Counted from the stretch's first letter, positions 9,582-19,215 are shown. The stretch is 64,000 bases of DNA from an uncultured virus (IMG/VR IMGVR_UViG_3300031890_000412) (IMGVR_UViG_3300031890_000412:1-64000), one strand, 5' to 3'. Notes: generated from the sequence alone by a model not told the origin. Numbers and translations: made by a program.

Positions 9582-9929
9582 TTATCTAGTGATTTCGATA
9601 CGGGCACTGGACGGGCTTTCGCAGTAACTGAGAACACCGGTCTCGCCGTAGACCCCGGCGGGATTGCCGACACAGTCCCAGCCGTCGACCGTGGAGGCAT
9701 TACGTGCAGTCTGGGTTCCCTTGCCCGCATTCCAGTCGTTCATGATCGTGCGGGCCTGCTGACAGCTCACTTCACCGCGAACATTCAGGATGAAGGTGCC
9801 CGGGTTGCCCTGAGCGAGCCGTGGAGGGAGTGAGTAGACACCGCAGGTCTGCGCCTGCGCCTGCGGCGCGAGGGCGATACCCGCTCCACACAGGAGCGGG
9901 ATCGCAGCGCCGATAATGGCTTTCCTCAT
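9582..9929 (-). CDS. Small secreted protein
   Basis: MRKAIIGAAIPLL...AQA-QTCG; four Cys in the mature part; VSCQQARTIM, VDGWDC. Confidence 0.65.
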   Translation of the reverse strand: MRKAIIGAAIPLLCGAGIALAPQAQAQTCGVYSLPPRLAQGNPGTFILNVRGEVSCQQARTIMNDWNAGKGTQTARNASTVDGWDCVGNPAGVYGETGVLSYCESPSSARIEITR

Positions 9930-10270
9930 CACCACCTCCCCGAGCGCAATTCGTCCGTGTCTGGGTAATACTCGGCCCAGTAGCCGCGTGGCTTCACGTT
10001 GGGCTGGCCGAGCGGGAACTCGCGGTTGATTCCCTGCAACAACCGGTCGCACTGGTGAAGATCCGCGATGCCGGGGCAGCGTCCGTAATACGCGAAGTCC
10101 TCGCCGCCCGTATTGTTCTTCGTGCGCTGTACCTCGTTGGAACCGACCTTGATCCACGAATGCGGTTTGCCGTGAGGGTCCCAGCCACCCTGCGCCGCGT
10201 TGGCGGGAGCCGCCAACGCGATACCCGCCGCCGCTATTGCTGGTCCGATCACCAGCGCCAGCCGCTTCAC
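9929..10270 (-). CDS. Small secreted protein
   Basis: GTG start MKRLALVIG...APANA signal peptide; two Cys. Confidence 0.65.
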   Translation of the reverse strand: MKRLALVIGPAIAAAGIALAAPANAAQGGWDPHGKPHSWIKVGSNEVQRTKNNTGGEDFAYYGRCPGIADLHQCDRLLQGINREFPLGQPNVKPRGYWAEYYPDTDELRSGRW

Positions 10271-10524
10271 GCGCCCACCCGGTTGCACTGCCAGCCACCG
10301 AAGCCCAGCACGCGCACGTTGACGCAGTGGTCGTAGCTGCCGTCGGCGGCGTAGTGGCAGTCCACGAAGCCCCCGCCGCCGGGCCAGCCGCCACCACCAC
10401 CGCCTTGGGCGTCGTCGGCGTTGACACAGCTCGCGTGTGCGGTGCCCGGGCTGGCCAGCACGACACCGCCCACGGCCAGTCCCACGGCGGCGATTCCGGT
10501 CGCCACCACCCGTTTCAGCATCAT
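10267..10524 (-). CDS. Small secreted Gly/Cys-rich protein
   Basis: MMLKRVVATG...AHA-SC; GGGFVDC..ADGSYDHC...GGWQC. Confidence 0.65.
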   Translation of the reverse strand: MMLKRVVATGIAAVGLAVGGVVLASPGTAHASCVNADDAQGGGGGGWPGGGGFVDCHYAADGSYDHCVNVRVLGFGGWQCNRVGA

Positions 10525-10627
10525 AAGAGATCTCCTTACAGATATGTAACAAAGTGCATGTGATGAAGACCATACCCTAAAGTACACACCATGGTGGAGA
10601 TTACTTTATAGGTATATCTTAAGAGGT

Positions 10628-10804
10628 ATGAAGCGCTATCTGAGCATCACCCAGATAGCAGAGAAGAGCGGCCTGGCCCGCAACACGGTCAAGGTCTACA
10701 GCCAGATACCCGGGCGGCTACCGCCGCCCGACGCCATGATCGGACGCATCAAGGGTTGGCTGCCCGAGACCATCGACCGTTGGATAACGGGACGCAAAGA
10801 TTAG
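10628..10804 (+). CDS. Small AlpA/Xis/MerR-like HTH DNA-binding protein (58 aa, below the ORF-track cutoff)
   Basis: MKRYLSITQIAEKSGLARNTVKVYSQIPGRLPPPDAMIGRIKGWLPETIDRWITGRKD; divergent from the secreted-protein cassette. Confidence 0.8.
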   Translation: MKRYLSITQIAEKSGLARNTVKVYSQIPGRLPPPDAMIGRIKGWLPETIDRWITGRKD

Positions 10805-11055
10805 CCATCACCCCCCTTGGTCTTCACACCGGGCCCCTTGAATATCGGGTTGACGGGATATCTCATGGGCGGCAGGCCGGTCTCGGCATAACCGGACCAG
10901 CGGAAGCCGCCTTTCAGCTCGATCAGGATCTGGTTGAGTTCCCCGTTGCCGGGCTGGTGGATTTCCAGCCGCTCCACCCACTGCTGGCTTTTGCGGATCA
11001 GGCCCGCGCGGTCCAGCGCGGCGTCAACCCACATCCACAGTCTGCGGCGCGTCAT
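10801..11055 (-). CDS. Hypothetical protein
   Basis: 84-aa ORF converging on the HTH gene. Confidence 0.5.
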   Translation of the reverse strand: MTRRRLWMWVDAALDRAGLIRKSQQWVERLEIHQPGNGELNQILIELKGGFRWSGYAETGLPPMRYPVNPIFKGPGVKTKGGDG

Positions 11056-11257
11056 GAGGCTGCTCCGATCCTTTCCAGGCCGCGTCCACCAGTTTCTGCC
11101 ACATCTGCACGCTGGCCGCGCTCTTCCCGCTGAGCACCATCGTCACATGCTTCGTCGTCACCCCCGCGTCGTCGGCCAGCTGGCGCTGGGTGCGCCCATT
11201 CTTTTTCAGGCCTTGGCGAACGTAGTCCGCGAGGTCGCGCTGGATGTTGGTCGGCAT
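11024..11257 (-). CDS. XRE-family HTH regulator
   Basis: GRTQRQLADDAGVTTKHVTMVLSGK. Confidence 0.8.
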   Translation of the reverse strand: MPTNIQRDLADYVRQGLKKNGRTQRQLADDAGVTTKHVTMVLSGKSAASVQMWQKLVDAAWKGSEQPHDAPQTVDVG

Positions 11258-11278
11258 CCCGCCAGTTTACCATTCAGG

Positions 11279-11674
11279 TTAAGCCGGAGGGGCCTCTACC
11301 ACCTGCAGCGGGGACTGCGGGACCGGCGGCTGACCGTTCTGCTGGCCGAACTGCTCGGTGATCTGCCGGACCATCTCGTTCTGACGGTTCTGTTCGGCGG
11401 CCGCCGCCGCGTCGGCCTGCTGCTGCTGCTTGATCCACACCATCGCCAGCTGTGCCAGCGCCTCGGTGGCCGGATCCCCGATCTCCTGGGCGTAGGACCA
11501 GATCACCGTGGCCGGGAAATCCGTCTCGTCGTCGAAGGTGACCTCGTGGTCACGGGGCTGGCCCATCTCCGTCCAGCCAAGCTCGCCGCGCTCGCAGGTA
11601 CGCCCGCTCTTGGTCTTGATGATCACCGACACCGGGGCCGCGCGCAGATGGTCGATGCAGGCAACTTCCTTCAT
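11279..11674 (-). CDS. Hypothetical protein
   Basis: SD-preceded ORF, Q/A-rich C-terminus. Confidence 0.55.
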   Translation of the reverse strand: MKEVACIDHLRAAPVSVIIKTKSGRTCERGELGWTEMGQPRDHEVTFDDETDFPATVIWSYAQEIGDPATEALAQLAMVWIKQQQQADAAAAAEQNRQNEMVRQITEQFGQQNGQPPVPQSPLQVVEAPPA

Positions 11675-11900
11675 GGGTTCTCCTTCTACAGGTCGAGTTC
11701 TTCCACCAGTCGATTAACCTCCTCCACCCACATCTGGTCGACCGCCTCCTGGGCCTCGGCGAACGCCTCCTGGGCGATGTGGATCCCCGCGCACGCGGCG
11801 TCGGCGCGATTGCGCCGCTCGAAGTAATCCTCCCGCTCGCGCACCCGGCGGGTCACCTCGGCCTGCTGCTCGCCGGTCAGGCCGATCATGCGTGGGAATC

Positions 11901-12197
11901 TCATCCGCTCAACAGCTTCCCACGGCTCGGGGTGCACTCGCACAGCGCCTCCCACAACTCGGGATTGCGCTGCAGGAAGGCGGCGCTCTCCTCGCTGATC
12001 CGACGGGCCTCGGTCAAATCGACACCGAAGACGTCGGTGAAAGTCTCGCGGAACTGCTGCACGGCACGAATCAGCTCACCCGTCGGGGCCAGCGCGGCGG
12101 TGATCGCGCTCACCATCGTCCGGATGCGCTCGGCGGGGTGGGACTCGGGCTCGAAGTCCAGCTCGTCGAGGTCGAAACGCTCGGATGCGATCGTCAT
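11901..12197 (-). CDS. Hypothetical protein with N-terminal RFDLDELDF motif
   Basis: Shares a 24-bp identical segment with ORF 20135..20437. Confidence 0.55.
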   Translation of the reverse strand: MTIASERFDLDELDFEPESHPAERIRTMVSAITAALAPTGELIRAVQQFRETFTDVFGVDLTEARRISEESAAFLQRNPELWEALCECTPSRGKLLSG

Positions 12198-12384
12198 GAT
12201 GTCTCCGTCTTCTTGGGGGTGTTCTTATCATCGTCGTCCAGCTGGTCGTCCAGCTGGCCTCGCAGCCAGACCACCTCGTCCTGTAGCCGGTCGCGTTCCT
12301 TGTTGTCCCCCGACTCGTCGGGGGTGGCACGGGAAAACGCCGTGGTGAACAGCATGGTGACGATGGTGGCGACCGCCGAGGACC

Positions 12385-12711
12385 CTATCGCACTGAGGAA
12401 TGACGCCAGGGTATCCATCCATGCCTCTTCACCTCGTCGCGGGTGAACCGCCCGTCCCATTTGACGTCGTCGAACGTCCAGCTGAACCAACAGTTGCGGC
12501 CGTACTGGTCCAGGAAGATCAACCCGAAGACGAGAGCAATCATCCCGAGGCCGACGCTGATCCAGTCCCAGACGGTGTTGTTGTCAACCTTCCACAGGTC
12601 ATAGACCGGCTGGGTGCGCCCGACCAGATAACCCGACCACCACAGGCACGCGACGGCCGACCAGCGTCCCCGCACCATCGGTCCCCCGGCCAAGAACTCG
12701 TCGCGGCGCAC
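12385..12711 (-). CDS. Membrane protein
   Basis: Two hydrophobic Trp-rich segments. Confidence 0.5.
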   Translation of the reverse strand: MRRDEFLAGGPMVRGRWSAVACLWWSGYLVGRTQPVYDLWKVDNNTVWDWISVGLGMIALVFGLIFLDQYGRNCWFSWTFDDVKWDGRFTRDEVKRHGWIPWRHSSVR

Positions 12712-12790
12712 CGGGCGTCCTCCCTCTACAGTGCCACTTTCACCTTATTCCTATCCACGCCGGGCACTTCACACCTTCCACCTACGGTCC

Positions 12791-13309
12791 TCAATCCCCC
12801 CGCACCAGCGGGGGCAGGTCCAGATCGTAGTGTGTCAGCACCGGCCAGTAGTCCACCCCGATCGACTCGAAGAAGCCTTGGGCGATCCCGGCCCGGTCGA
12901 TCAGCGCGATGATGGCCAGCACGCTGGCGCCCGCCTCGACGACCATGTCGTACACGTAGCGCACCGAGCCGCCGGTGGTGACCATGCCCGCCAGAATGAT
13001 GGTGGCGTCCTGCTCGGTCAGATCACCGCCGGTGGTGGCGCCGTCGGTGACGCTGATCCATTTCATGCTCGTCATCGCCCGGCTCACCACCACATGACCC
13101 AGCATCTCGTCGTCGAAAGGGCACACGATCGCGGACGGGATCTCGGTGACATGCAGCTCGATCCACTCGGCCAGCACCAGGGCAGCGGTGCGCAGACGGC
13201 GCCCGGTGCACAGCAGATGGCGCAGATCCAGGTCGGCCCAGTCGGCGGTCTCGGGCCCAGCCACCTCGGTGCGGATCAGCTCGATCAGCGTGCTGCGGTG
13301 CTGGCTCAT
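12791..13309 (-). CDS. Degenerate PyrE-like phosphoribosyltransferase
   Basis: DLR, IILAGMVTTGGSV, GASVLAIIALIDR match the OPRT layout; canonical acidic pair replaced by AG. Confidence 0.65.
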   Translation of the reverse strand: MSQHRSTLIELIRTEVAGPETADWADLDLRHLLCTGRRLRTAALVLAEWIELHVTEIPSAIVCPFDDEMLGHVVVSRAMTSMKWISVTDGATTGGDLTEQDATIILAGMVTTGGSVRYVYDMVVEAGASVLAIIALIDRAGIAQGFFESIGVDYWPVLTHYDLDLPPLVRGD

Positions 13310-14000
13310 GCCTTGATCAGCTCGGTCAGCAGCGCGTCGAGGACCGCGAACATATTGCCCAGGAGGAACCACTCCGACGCCGTCGAACCCTCCGGATCAG
13401 CCTGACGGGTAGCCTCCATGCCGTCCCGTAGATTGCGCTGCAGTGCGGCCAGCCGATCCTTGTCGACCATGGGCAGCTTTTCATCGTCGGCCATCACACC
13501 CCCGCCTTGATCCGGAAGCCGTATTGCGCGGCCGCAACGGCCCGCAGGGCGGTGAACTGACCGATGGCGGTGTCCAGGGCTGCCAGCACGTATCCGGCGT
13601 CGCACAGCCCGCCTGAAGACAGGTATTCGATCTCGTCACGGGCCAGCGCCATCCTGGTCAGCGCACTGCGGAACTTGGCTTCCTTGTCCCGGTTGGACAT
13701 ATGCACGTAGGTCACGAGCACTCCTCGTGAATCAGCTCGTCGTCATCGGTGTAGCGCACCCGATCCCCTTCTTCGATCTCTTCACCGCATGCCTCACAGA
13801 TGCCGTGGTAACTGGCTTCAAAAACTCCGCTCATGGCATCTCCTTGTAGGGCACCTCAAATGTCGGACCGGACCACACCCAGACATCGCCGCTCTTCTCG
13901 AAGCCGTGCTGGCCGTCCCAGCTGTCGGAGCAGGTCTTCTTGCACACCGTCGGATAGGGACAGCGGAAGCGCGGGTTGACCGGACAGTTGTGACCCGCCA

Positions 14001-14369
14001 TCACGACTCCGCGTCGTCCTCCGCAGCCACCAATCCCAGCAGCTGGTCGGTGGTCAGGCCCAGCGCGTTGGCCAGCTTGGTGATGGTCTCCTCCTTGGGG
14101 TATTTGTGCCCCAGCTCGATCTCGGAGAGATAGGGATAGGTCACCCCGCTGCGCTGGTGCAACACCATCCGGCCCATCGACTGCTTGGTGCGCTCGCGGA
14201 TCAGCACCCGGGCGAAGCGTGACGGGTTGAACTGATCGTGGCCGGTGTGCGTGGTGTCGTGCCGGTAGGACACCGCCGCCACCTTTACCTGAGCCGGGCG
14301 GTCCAGGTGGATGGTCAACTGCCGCTGGCAGTTCGGGCAGTCGACGTCGATGCTGACCTGGGTGCTCAT
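14001..14369 (-). CDS. XRE-family HTH regulator with N-terminal CxxC
   Basis: DCPNCQ; SGVTYPYLSEIELGHKYPKEETITKLANALGL. Confidence 0.8.
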   Translation of the reverse strand: MSTQVSIDVDCPNCQRQLTIHLDRPAQVKVAAVSYRHDTTHTGHDQFNPSRFARVLIRERTKQSMGRMVLHQRSGVTYPYLSEIELGHKYPKEETITKLANALGLTTDQLLGLVAAEDDAES

Positions 14370-14671
14370 GACCCACTCTTTCGGAATGGAATCACCTTAG
14401 CCTCCATCGGCTCGTCCTCCTCGTCCTCGTCGTCATCTTCCCCGTCGTTGTCATCGTCATCGTCATCATCACCAGGGTGGTTGGCCTCCCACAGCGCGTA
14501 ACCATCGGGATCGCGGGACTCGAAGATCTTCAGCCCGATCTGCTCGACGACGTTGCACAGCTGGGTCAGCCATCTCTTCTCCTCGGACGTCACCTGCGGG
14601 CCCGGGACGAGGAAGTCGAGACGCATCCTCAGATAGGGGGTGTCGACGTCGAAGTCGTCGGTGTCACCCAT
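14366..14671 (-). CDS. Hypothetical protein with acidic poly-Asp/Glu tract
   Basis: GDDDDDDDNDGEDDDEDEEDE. Confidence 0.55.
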   Translation of the reverse strand: MGDTDDFDVDTPYLRMRLDFLVPGPQVTSEEKRWLTQLCNVVEQIGLKIFESRDPDGYALWEANHPGDDDDDDDNDGEDDDEDEEDEPMEAKVIPFRKSGS

Positions 14672-15449
14672 TGATCCGCCCCGCTTCCGCCTTTTCGCGG
14701 GCCTGCTGCTCCAACAGGTCCAGCTGCACGGCCATCGAGGTGGCCGCTGCCTGATCCCACTCGCGGACCACCGGCAAGCCCTCCACGTCGATCAGCGGCA
14801 CCGGGCAGGCGTCGAGGAACTCCTTGAAGTCCTCGTCACACCAGGGCGGCACCCAGGCACCGGACCGGCACACCGAGACGGCATCGAACACCATGTTCTT
14901 GGCGTCGAACTTGGCGCCGTCATCCTTGCGGGCGTCGCAGCCCCACCTCTTGGCCTCGGGCCGGTAGTGCTGCCCGGCTGCCTTATTCCAACGCGGGTAG
15001 CGCCAGTGCAGCTTGGAGCCCTTCAGGTAGTGCACGAACATCCAGTTCTCACAGGTGACCGTGTTGGTGCGGGCGAACTCGGCCAGCTGTTCTTTGGTCT
15101 CGATCCCGTACATGTCGTGATGGGCGTCGAACAGCCAGACGTGCTCGAACTCGCGCTCGTTCGCGGCGATGCCGGAGTACATGTTGGAGTCGCTGACCTC
15201 ACCCACCGCGTCCTCGGTGAAGGTGAATCGATCCCAGAACCCCTCCGGTACGTCCACCCCGGGCAGCGGATAGCCGTCTTTGAGGAAGCTGCCCGCGCGC
15301 ATCGGCCACACCACGTTGAGGAAGATGGCCTGGCTCTCCGAGTGGCCCCAGTCGAACTTCCAGAACCAGCGCTGATCCACGCTGGTGTCGGCGGCTTCCA
15401 GCGGATTCATGAAGAAAAAATCGAAATCCACAACCAGCAGGTTGCTCAT
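14664..15449 (-). CDS. Arginase/HDAC-fold (UPF0489-like) metallo-hydrolase
   Basis: LLVVDFDFF, FDAHHD, TCENW, CRSGAWVPPWCD. Confidence 0.55.
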   Translation of the reverse strand: MSNLLVVDFDFFFMNPLEAADTSVDQRWFWKFDWGHSESQAIFLNVVWPMRAGSFLKDGYPLPGVDVPEGFWDRFTFTEDAVGEVSDSNMYSGIAANEREFEHVWLFDAHHDMYGIETKEQLAEFARTNTVTCENWMFVHYLKGSKLHWRYPRWNKAAGQHYRPEAKRWGCDARKDDGAKFDAKNMVFDAVSVCRSGAWVPPWCDEDFKEFLDACPVPLIDVEGLPVVREWDQAAATSMAVQLDLLEQQAREKAEAGRING

Positions 15450-15630
15450 GTCGTCTCCCATTGCATCTGGCGGATGACGGGATCCAGCTGGGGCACGGTG
15501 ACCAGTAGCAGCTTCAGGACGCCCACCACCCCACCCTGCGCGAAGATCTCATCCTCGGCATAGGAACAGATCCCGCATACCGGCTCATCGTAGGGGCAAG
15601 CCCGCCGCACCAAAGGACAGTGCTCACCAC

Positions 15631-15978
15631 TCACGACTGACCTTCGACCGCATCGAGCACGGCGGCGCGCGCGGCCTCGGCCTTCTCCACGATAGTGATC
15701 CAGTCCTCGACGTGGATCACCTGGCAGCTGAGGAACGTCGGGTAGCCGTTGATCGCCCAATGCCCGGCCTTGCTCAGGTCTTCGACGATGTTGCCGATCT
15801 TGTCGACGTCAATGCCCGCCAGCCCGTCCAGGGCCACCGGCAGAAAGATGGAGGTCATCATCTCCGGCGGCGCCTGAGTGGCGACGAACAGACTGCCCCC
15901 CACCAGTTTCAGGGCAATCTCTTTGATTTCGTCTTCGGTCAGATGCTCCGGTTCGCGGAGCTGTTCGGTGTGTGTCAT
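15631..15978 (-). CDS. Hypothetical protein, probably leaderless
   Basis: ATG 6 nt after TACAAT; INGYPTFLSC. Confidence 0.65.
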   Translation of the reverse strand: MTHTEQLREPEHLTEDEIKEIALKLVGGSLFVATQAPPEMMTSIFLPVALDGLAGIDVDKIGNIVEDLSKAGHWAINGYPTFLSCQVIHVEDWITIVEKAEAARAAVLDAVEGQS

Positions 15979-15983
15979 GACCT

Positions 15984-16013
15984 CATTGTAGCAAAGTTAG
16001 AGGAAGATTAGGG
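15984..16013 (-). promoter_or_regulatory. Promoter: TGcTACAAT with 11-bp-phased CTAA repeats
   Basis: Plus-strand ATTGTAG 15985, GTTAGAG 15996, ATTAGGG 16007. Confidence 0.7.
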
Positions 16014-16094
16014 AAGCGACACACCGGGTTCGTCCCATTCCCCCACCAATCACCAGGAACTCGTCCTTACTCATGTAGGTCGGAATCAGCTGCA

Positions 16095-16418
16095 TCAGGC
16101 CACCTCTTCGTAATGCCAGCTGTAGTTGTCGCCGTTCCATTCCAAGATGATCGCTTGCCAACCAGGTCCGCGCACCGGCTGCTCGTCGCCGTCGTAGCAC
16201 TCCTCGGGGGCGTCCTCGGTCAGCCAGGGCATCTGCATGCATTGGCCTTGATCGGTCCAGCCGTCCCGACTGCCACACTCACACTGCTCGTACTGGGCGC
16301 GGATACAGCTATCGCAGGCCAACCGGCACGCCGCCCCCTCTGGGGCACGGCACTCGTACTCGGTGCGAACGTGGTCACCCGATCGAATCAAATGACGCAC
16401 ATAATGGTCACTCATCAT
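16095..16418 (-). CDS. Cys-rich hypothetical protein
   Basis: ECRAPEGAACRLAC...CEC...C. Confidence 0.6.
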   Translation of the reverse strand: MMSDHYVRHLIRSGDHVRTEYECRAPEGAACRLACDSCIRAQYEQCECGSRDGWTDQGQCMQMPWLTEDAPEECYDGDEQPVRGPGWQAIILEWNGDNYSWHYEEVA

Positions 16419-17458
16419 GCCCCGATCTCGTAGTCGCTGATGACCTCACCGGCGTCCTTGGAGCCCCGCACCTGCCAGCCCCACCAATAGGTGCCGACGT
16501 GCTTGCCCAGCAGCGGCGCCTCGGCGGTGAACGTCTTGAAATGCCCGCGCACCCGGTGCTGGCTCATCACGTACTCCTCGGCCGGGGACCGGCGGCGCCG
16601 ACCGTGGCGCAGTTCGCGACCGGCGGTACCGGGCAGCTCGATGGTGTGATAGCGGGTGATCGGCACCCGCTGGCGCTTCTCCCGGGTGCTGCGCGCAAAG
16701 ACGCTGCCCTGCTCGCGAGTGGTCACGTTGCGACAGTTGATCAAATTCAGCGCCAGCCACACCGGGTTGGCGTCCCCGATCTCCTTGGCGGCGTGCAGGG
16801 TCTCCTCGGGCACCTGGGACGTCGGGACCATGTCGGAGATGAAGTGATTGAACAGTCCGTCGGGGTTCAGCCCGATCTGGCGGGCGTAGGGCAGAAAGAC
16901 CACGCCGTCATTCGCGTCGAGGATGTACATGATCACCTGCACGGCGATCATCTCGCGGGCATCGGCGCGCAACTCGTCGCGCAGTGCCTTGAACGCATCC
17001 GCATCGCGGATCATGTCATCCAGGTTGGTCTCGGGGTTGCGCTTGAAGTACTTGGGATACATCTGGGCGAAGCCGGTGATCGAGCCGCGCAGCTGCTCCT
17101 CGTCGAGGTCGGCGGTGTTGATGGTGTCACTGATCACCAGGGCGCCGAACCGGGCCCTGGCTTCCATGTCCCACCACTTGCCGTGGATCAGCACCTTGTC
17201 GGGGACTTCCCACTCGCACCACATGGCGGGGTATGGCGGGCGCATCGGCCCGAAGTCGGAGTCCAGCCGGTAGTAGTCCTGCTTGCCCAGCCAGTACAGG
17301 TCGGCGGCCACCGACAGCTCGAAGAACGCCACCCGATCGCCCAGCAGGTGGGTGCGCACGTTGTCCTGGTTGACCATGTCCAGCCCGTGGCCATCCAGCG
17401 AGCGGATGGGGGCGCCCGACTTGAGCAGGTTGGCGATCGGGAATTTACCGGCGCTCAA
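16415..17458 (-). CDS. Conserved phage protein, HxVRGHF family (paralog 1)
   Basis: TTG start with SD GGGAGG; RPPYPAMWCEW, LINCRNVTT, HRVRGHFK, GTYWWGWQ. Confidence 0.7.
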   Translation of the reverse strand: MSAGKFPIANLLKSGAPIRSLDGHGLDMVNQDNVRTHLLGDRVAFFELSVAADLYWLGKQDYYRLDSDFGPMRPPYPAMWCEWEVPDKVLIHGKWWDMEARARFGALVISDTINTADLDEEQLRGSITGFAQMYPKYFKRNPETNLDDMIRDADAFKALRDELRADAREMIAVQVIMYILDANDGVVFLPYARQIGLNPDGLFNHFISDMVPTSQVPEETLHAAKEIGDANPVWLALNLINCRNVTTREQGSVFARSTREKRQRVPITRYHTIELPGTAGRELRHGRRRRSPAEEYVMSQHRVRGHFKTFTAEAPLLGKHVGTYWWGWQVRGSKDAGEVISDYEIGA

Positions 17459-17775
17459 TCCGGCCACCTCCCTTCGTATCCGCCGTAGATGGGGTCCATG
17501 CGCCCGGTCAGCCGCCATACACGCCCGGTAAAGACGTAGTCAGGATCAGGATCGGGAGCGGGCGGCAGCTTGAGCAGCGTGCCGGTAACATCGACCTCGT
17601 CGCCCTCCTGTGCGTCGGCCGGTCGCTCGGGGAAGATCACCGTCCACCAGGGCGGCGGGTCAGCGAGGAAGGTGGCGTGAAAGTACACCACCGGGCAGTC
17701 GATCATGATGTCGCCGTCCCAATAGATCTCCCAATGGGTCTCGTCGGTCTCGTAGCGAATGTCTCCCTGCATCAT
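17455..17775 (-). CDS. Hypothetical protein
   Basis: Coupled ORF between the two paralogs. Confidence 0.55.
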   Translation of the reverse strand: MMQGDIRYETDETHWEIYWDGDIMIDCPVVYFHATFLADPPPWWTVIFPERPADAQEGDEVDVTGTLLKLPPAPDPDPDYVFTGRVWRLTGRMDPIYGGYEGRWPD

Positions 17776-18758
17776 GACTCATCTCCCCGTGCCAGCTCGT
17801 AGTCGGAGAAGATGACACCCTCGTTGATGTCGCCACGCTCCTGCCAGCCCCACCAGAATGTCCCAGCAAGCCTCCCGAACAGCAGCCCGGTGCCGAACTC
17901 GGGCCCGAAGTGTTTGTAGTGGCCTTTCACCTTGTGCAGCCGCATCGCGGCCTGATACGCCTCCCGGTCGCGGCGACTGATCCCGGTCAGCTTGGGCATG
18001 CCGGGCAGCTTGATGTGGTGGTATTCCACCGGCTTGGCGCCCGTCCGCTTGGCCCGACCACTGCGGCGCATCGGCACCACCCCCGCCTTCTCGGTGGTCA
18101 CGTTGCGGCAGTTCATCAGGTGCAGCGCCTGGCTGGCGGTGAACTCCGCAGTGCGCATCAGTTCCTGGGCCGTCGTGACCAGATCCGGCCGGTCGGCCAG
18201 GTTGTCGGGCACTTCGATCTGCGCGCTGTAGGTGTAGCGGCCGTTCTCGTCCAAGTACATGTCGTGCAGGATCTCGTCGAACAGCACCACGTCGGGGTGC
18301 TGGACCGGGTGCATGAACAGCGTCATCTGGATGCGGCTTGCCGCCATCTTCCTGCCGGATGCCGGGGCGTGTTCGTCGGGCTCGCACTCGGTCAGCATCA
18401 TCCCCTGGAAGATGTTGTTGTCGGACGGGTGCGCGGGATCCCACTCCATCCACATGTGCGGGTAGGGCATGCGCAGCGACCCGAAGTTCTCCTCACGGCG
18501 GCAGGCGATGCTATCGAAGCGGTCCCAGAAAAGGTCGTGGGCCAGCTGGACGTCGAACGGCACGCAGGCGGTGATTTCGCGCAGAAAGCTCAACCGGAGG
18601 TCTTCTTTCAGCGCGATCGACTCGTCCTGGTAAAGCCCCCACGGCGTGGTATACCCACCGAAGCCGTCGGCCTCGGTAGCCTCGTACAACGCGCGAGCCA
18701 GCGGCCAGATCTTGGCGCCGCCCATCAGCGCGCGCAACACCGGCATCGGAGCACTCAT
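17772..18758 (-). CDS. Conserved phage protein, HxVKGHY family (paralog 2)
   Basis: RMPYPHMWMEW, LMNCRNVTT, HKVKGHYK, GTFWWGWQ. Confidence 0.7.
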   Translation of the reverse strand: MSAPMPVLRALMGGAKIWPLARALYEATEADGFGGYTTPWGLYQDESIALKEDLRLSFLREITACVPFDVQLAHDLFWDRFDSIACRREENFGSLRMPYPHMWMEWDPAHPSDNNIFQGMMLTECEPDEHAPASGRKMAASRIQMTLFMHPVQHPDVVLFDEILHDMYLDENGRYTYSAQIEVPDNLADRPDLVTTAQELMRTAEFTASQALHLMNCRNVTTEKAGVVPMRRSGRAKRTGAKPVEYHHIKLPGMPKLTGISRRDREAYQAAMRLHKVKGHYKHFGPEFGTGLLFGRLAGTFWWGWQERGDINEGVIFSDYELARGDES

Positions 18759-18982
18759 AAGCCCACCAACTCTTCCAGCTTGCGCAGAAACCAGTCCCAG
18801 CCGTCCTCGTCGAGATCCGGCCGGTTGCAGCCCTCCCACAACGCGTGCTCGGTCGTCCACTTCCAGGGTTTCTCGAAGTAGTAGAGCAGGTCTTTAGCGG
18901 TGTCGAGATGGTCGGCACGCACCAGGACACCGCCGAACATCAGCACCGAATTCGGGTTGTGGAACCACTCCTCGTCGGTCAT
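18755..18982 (-). CDS. Small hypothetical protein
   Basis: MTDEEWF...YYFEKPWKW. Confidence 0.55.
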   Translation of the reverse strand: MTDEEWFHNPNSVLMFGGVLVRADHLDTAKDLLYYFEKPWKWTTEHALWEGCNRPDLDEDGWDWFLRKLEELVGL

Positions 18983-19215
18983 CAGTGCGCCTCCTCGTAC
19001 TCGGTGGCGGCTTTGACGGCGTCGCGTTTGGTGGCGAACAGGAACTGCTTGGGATAGGCCGCGTCCACGCTCAGCGACCACTGCGTGCCGAAGCGCTCGA
19101 TGGCGTAGGTGTGATCCAGCTTGGCGAAGCCCCAGTAGGCCCTGGACCGATAGCGCCCGGCGCCCTCGCGGATGAACGGGATCTCTTTGGTCATGAAACC
19201 CGGCTTGTCGCTCAT
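18982..19215 (-). CDS. Small hypothetical protein
   Basis: FIREGAGRY...FATKRDA. Confidence 0.55.
   Translation of the reverse strand: MSDKPGFMTKEIPFIREGAGRYRSRAYWGFAKLDHTYAIERFGTQWSLSVDAAYPKQFLFATKRDAVKAATEYEEAH

Noticed and set aside
14410..14472. tcg/tca trinucleotide repeat tract
   Set aside because: It simply encodes the poly-Asp/Glu stretch of ORF 14366..14671.
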